Part shown: positions 62,165-64,000 of the stretch, one piece after another
How the letters are laid out: each line of letters begins with the position of its first letter
How positions within the stretch are numbered: the stretch's first letter is position 1
Assembly: GCA_024137785.1 (NCBI GenBank)
Contig: JAHRHZ010000127.1
Location: 2,484,612-2,548,611 of the forward strand
DNA length: 64,000 nt
Source: Ginglymostoma cirratum
Lineage: Eukaryota
Direction: 5' to 3'
The notes under the pieces: model-generated
What the model was told of the DNA's origin: nothing
Database searches by the model: none
What the model saw: the letters and a program-made list of their open reading frames with translations, nothing else
Position numbers and translations under genes: made by a program

Positions 62165-63970
62165 AAGTCAGAAAATCTGAGACAAAAGCAAAATTTTCCG
62201 GACAAATTCGACGGGATTTACAGCACCCGTGAAAAGAAATCCGAATTAATGTTTCGAGTGCAATGACTCTTATTCAGAACAGGTAGTAACTAGGAAAAAG
62301 TGACACACATGCTGCAAACCGAGCTAAGGTGAATAAGGTTGAATGGGAGAGGTGAGCAGGTAGGTGGAGATGGAAGGCAGAGGAAGAGAGGTAACAAAGG
62401 GGTAAGTAAATAAGGAGAATGTGGTTAGTGGGCTAGAACTGACAAAAAAACTGAATAAGAGATAATAACAGTTAAGAGGAAGAGAAAATGAGTGAGTTGC
62501 ACTGAATGCAGTGCATTCACTTATAATAGGCCTAGAACTATGTGAAAATGGGCGACAATGTTAAAAGAAACCCACATCATGACAGGGCAGGGGATGGTGC
62601 GAAAAAAAGCAGGGACGGAATCAACCTCTAAAGTTATTAAACTCGACGTTGAGTCATCGAAGCTGCAGATTCCTCAAATGGGAAATGGGATGTTGTTCTT
62701 CATACTTTCATTGAGGTTCACAGGAACACTGTAGCAGATCTGTGTCAGAATCGTTGCCCATGAAATGTGGTGGCTTGTTGAAGTGGCAGGCAACTGGAAG
62801 CATGGGGTCTTTTTATTGTGAACAACGGTAGATGACCTGCCAATCAGTCATCTGTGCTTCATTTCCCAATGTAGAGGAGACTACATTATGAGTAGCGAAT
62901 ATAGTAGACTAGTTGATTGAAGAGAGTGCAGATTCCTGCTTGCCTGGGAAGGCACATTTGCAGCCTTCGGTGATCAGGAGGGATGTGAAAAAAAATTAGG
63001 TATTATATCTTCTGTGATTGAATGAGAAGTTACCGTGGGAGTATGAGGAGATGTTGGGGATTGAGGAGAAGGGCACGAGAGGTACCTGGAGGCAATAATC
63101 CCTGTGAAATGCCAGCAGGGGAGGGGAGGGGAATACGATTTTGGTCGTAGCATCCCGTTAGAAGTGACAGAAATAGAGGCTTATAATCTTTTGGATGTGT
63201 AGATTGATGGGGTGGTGAGTGAAGATCATGCAGACACTATCATTGTTGGTGGCGGGGAGGGAAGGGGTGAAAGCAGATGTGCAGGAGATTGTTCAAATAC
63301 AGGGCCCGGTCAATCACGGTAGTGTGGAATCCATGGTTGAGGAAATTTGTCAACATTTCTGAGGCTCCGCTGTGGAGGATGGCACCATCAGAACAGATGC
63401 AACAGGGATGGAGAAACCAATAAAATGGGATGGAGACCTTACGGGAAACAATGTGTGAGGATGCGTAGTCGAGGCAACTGTGGGAGTCAGTGGGTTTGTA
63501 GCGTACATCGGTGGCTACCATATCTTCAGAAATGGAAACAGAAATATCGAAGAAGGCAAGGTAAGAAGCAGCGATGGCCCCCGTGAAGGTGGGTCAGGAT
63601 GGAATTTAGAAGAAAAATCGATACTACTTTCCAATTCAGAAAGAAAGAAGGAAGTATAATGATGGTGTCATAGATGCACTGGAGAAAGCGTTAAGATGGT
63701 TGAATTAGGACTGGAACAGGAAATGTTCCATATACCCCATAAAGAGACAGGAATAACTGGGGCCCAAGTAGGTACTCATAGCTTGTTATTTGAACTAATG
63801 AAAATGAGAGGAGTTAAAGGAGAAGTTGTTCAAAGTGAGGACAAGCTCCTTTAACTGGAGGAGGGTAATGGTGGATAAAAATGATTTAAGCCGTCTTTCC
63901 AGAAAGAAATGGAGCATCCTGAAACAATTCCAATGGTCGATGGACGTGTAAAGGGATTGCACGTTCATGG
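62165..63970 (-). mobile_element. older Penelope-like retroelement (RT end, EN, terminal repeat)
   Basis: TDVRYKPTDSHSCLDYASSH..SRKVSIPF in ORF 63240-63521; EN tail PVACHFN near 62780; MNVQSLYTSI near 63940-63968; terminal repeat at ~62170-62280. Confidence 0.8.
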
Positions 63971-64000
63971 GCTTAGCACTTCTTGGAATGAAGGCTTTAA

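Noticed and set aside
1-64000. Prokaryotic systems (CRISPR arrays, operons, defence islands)
   Set aside because: The sequence is vertebrate, with spliceosomal introns, SINEs and LINEs; no repeat-spacer arrays were seen.

Overview
Eukaryotic, repeat-rich vertebrate DNA, almost certainly from an elasmobranch (shark-like) genome: it carries HE1-type V-SINEs, CR1-group LINE fragments and many Penelope-like elements. The only confidently identified protein genes are three co-oriented, two-exon class-A GPCR paralogues of the GPR139/GPR142-like type. Two are intact (6295-8631, 329 aa; 55894-58643, 328 aa) and one is a pseudogene (42869-46245). They are interleaved with about 14 decayed tRNA genes (Arg, Ile-TAT with intron, iMet, Thr, Glu, Asn), most of them inside a duplicated ~2-3 kb tRNA-cluster unit. 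There is also a Gmr1-like Gypsy relic, several unexplained coding-like relics and a 400-N gap. The main observation is that all three GPCR genes have an O/E (EBF)-type site exactly 12 bp upstream of an ATAAAT box, with nearby TAAT homeodomain cores. This resembles olfactory-receptor promoter grammar and suggests, as a hypothesis only, an uncharacterised chemosensory receptor family. All calls were made by eye without database searches.
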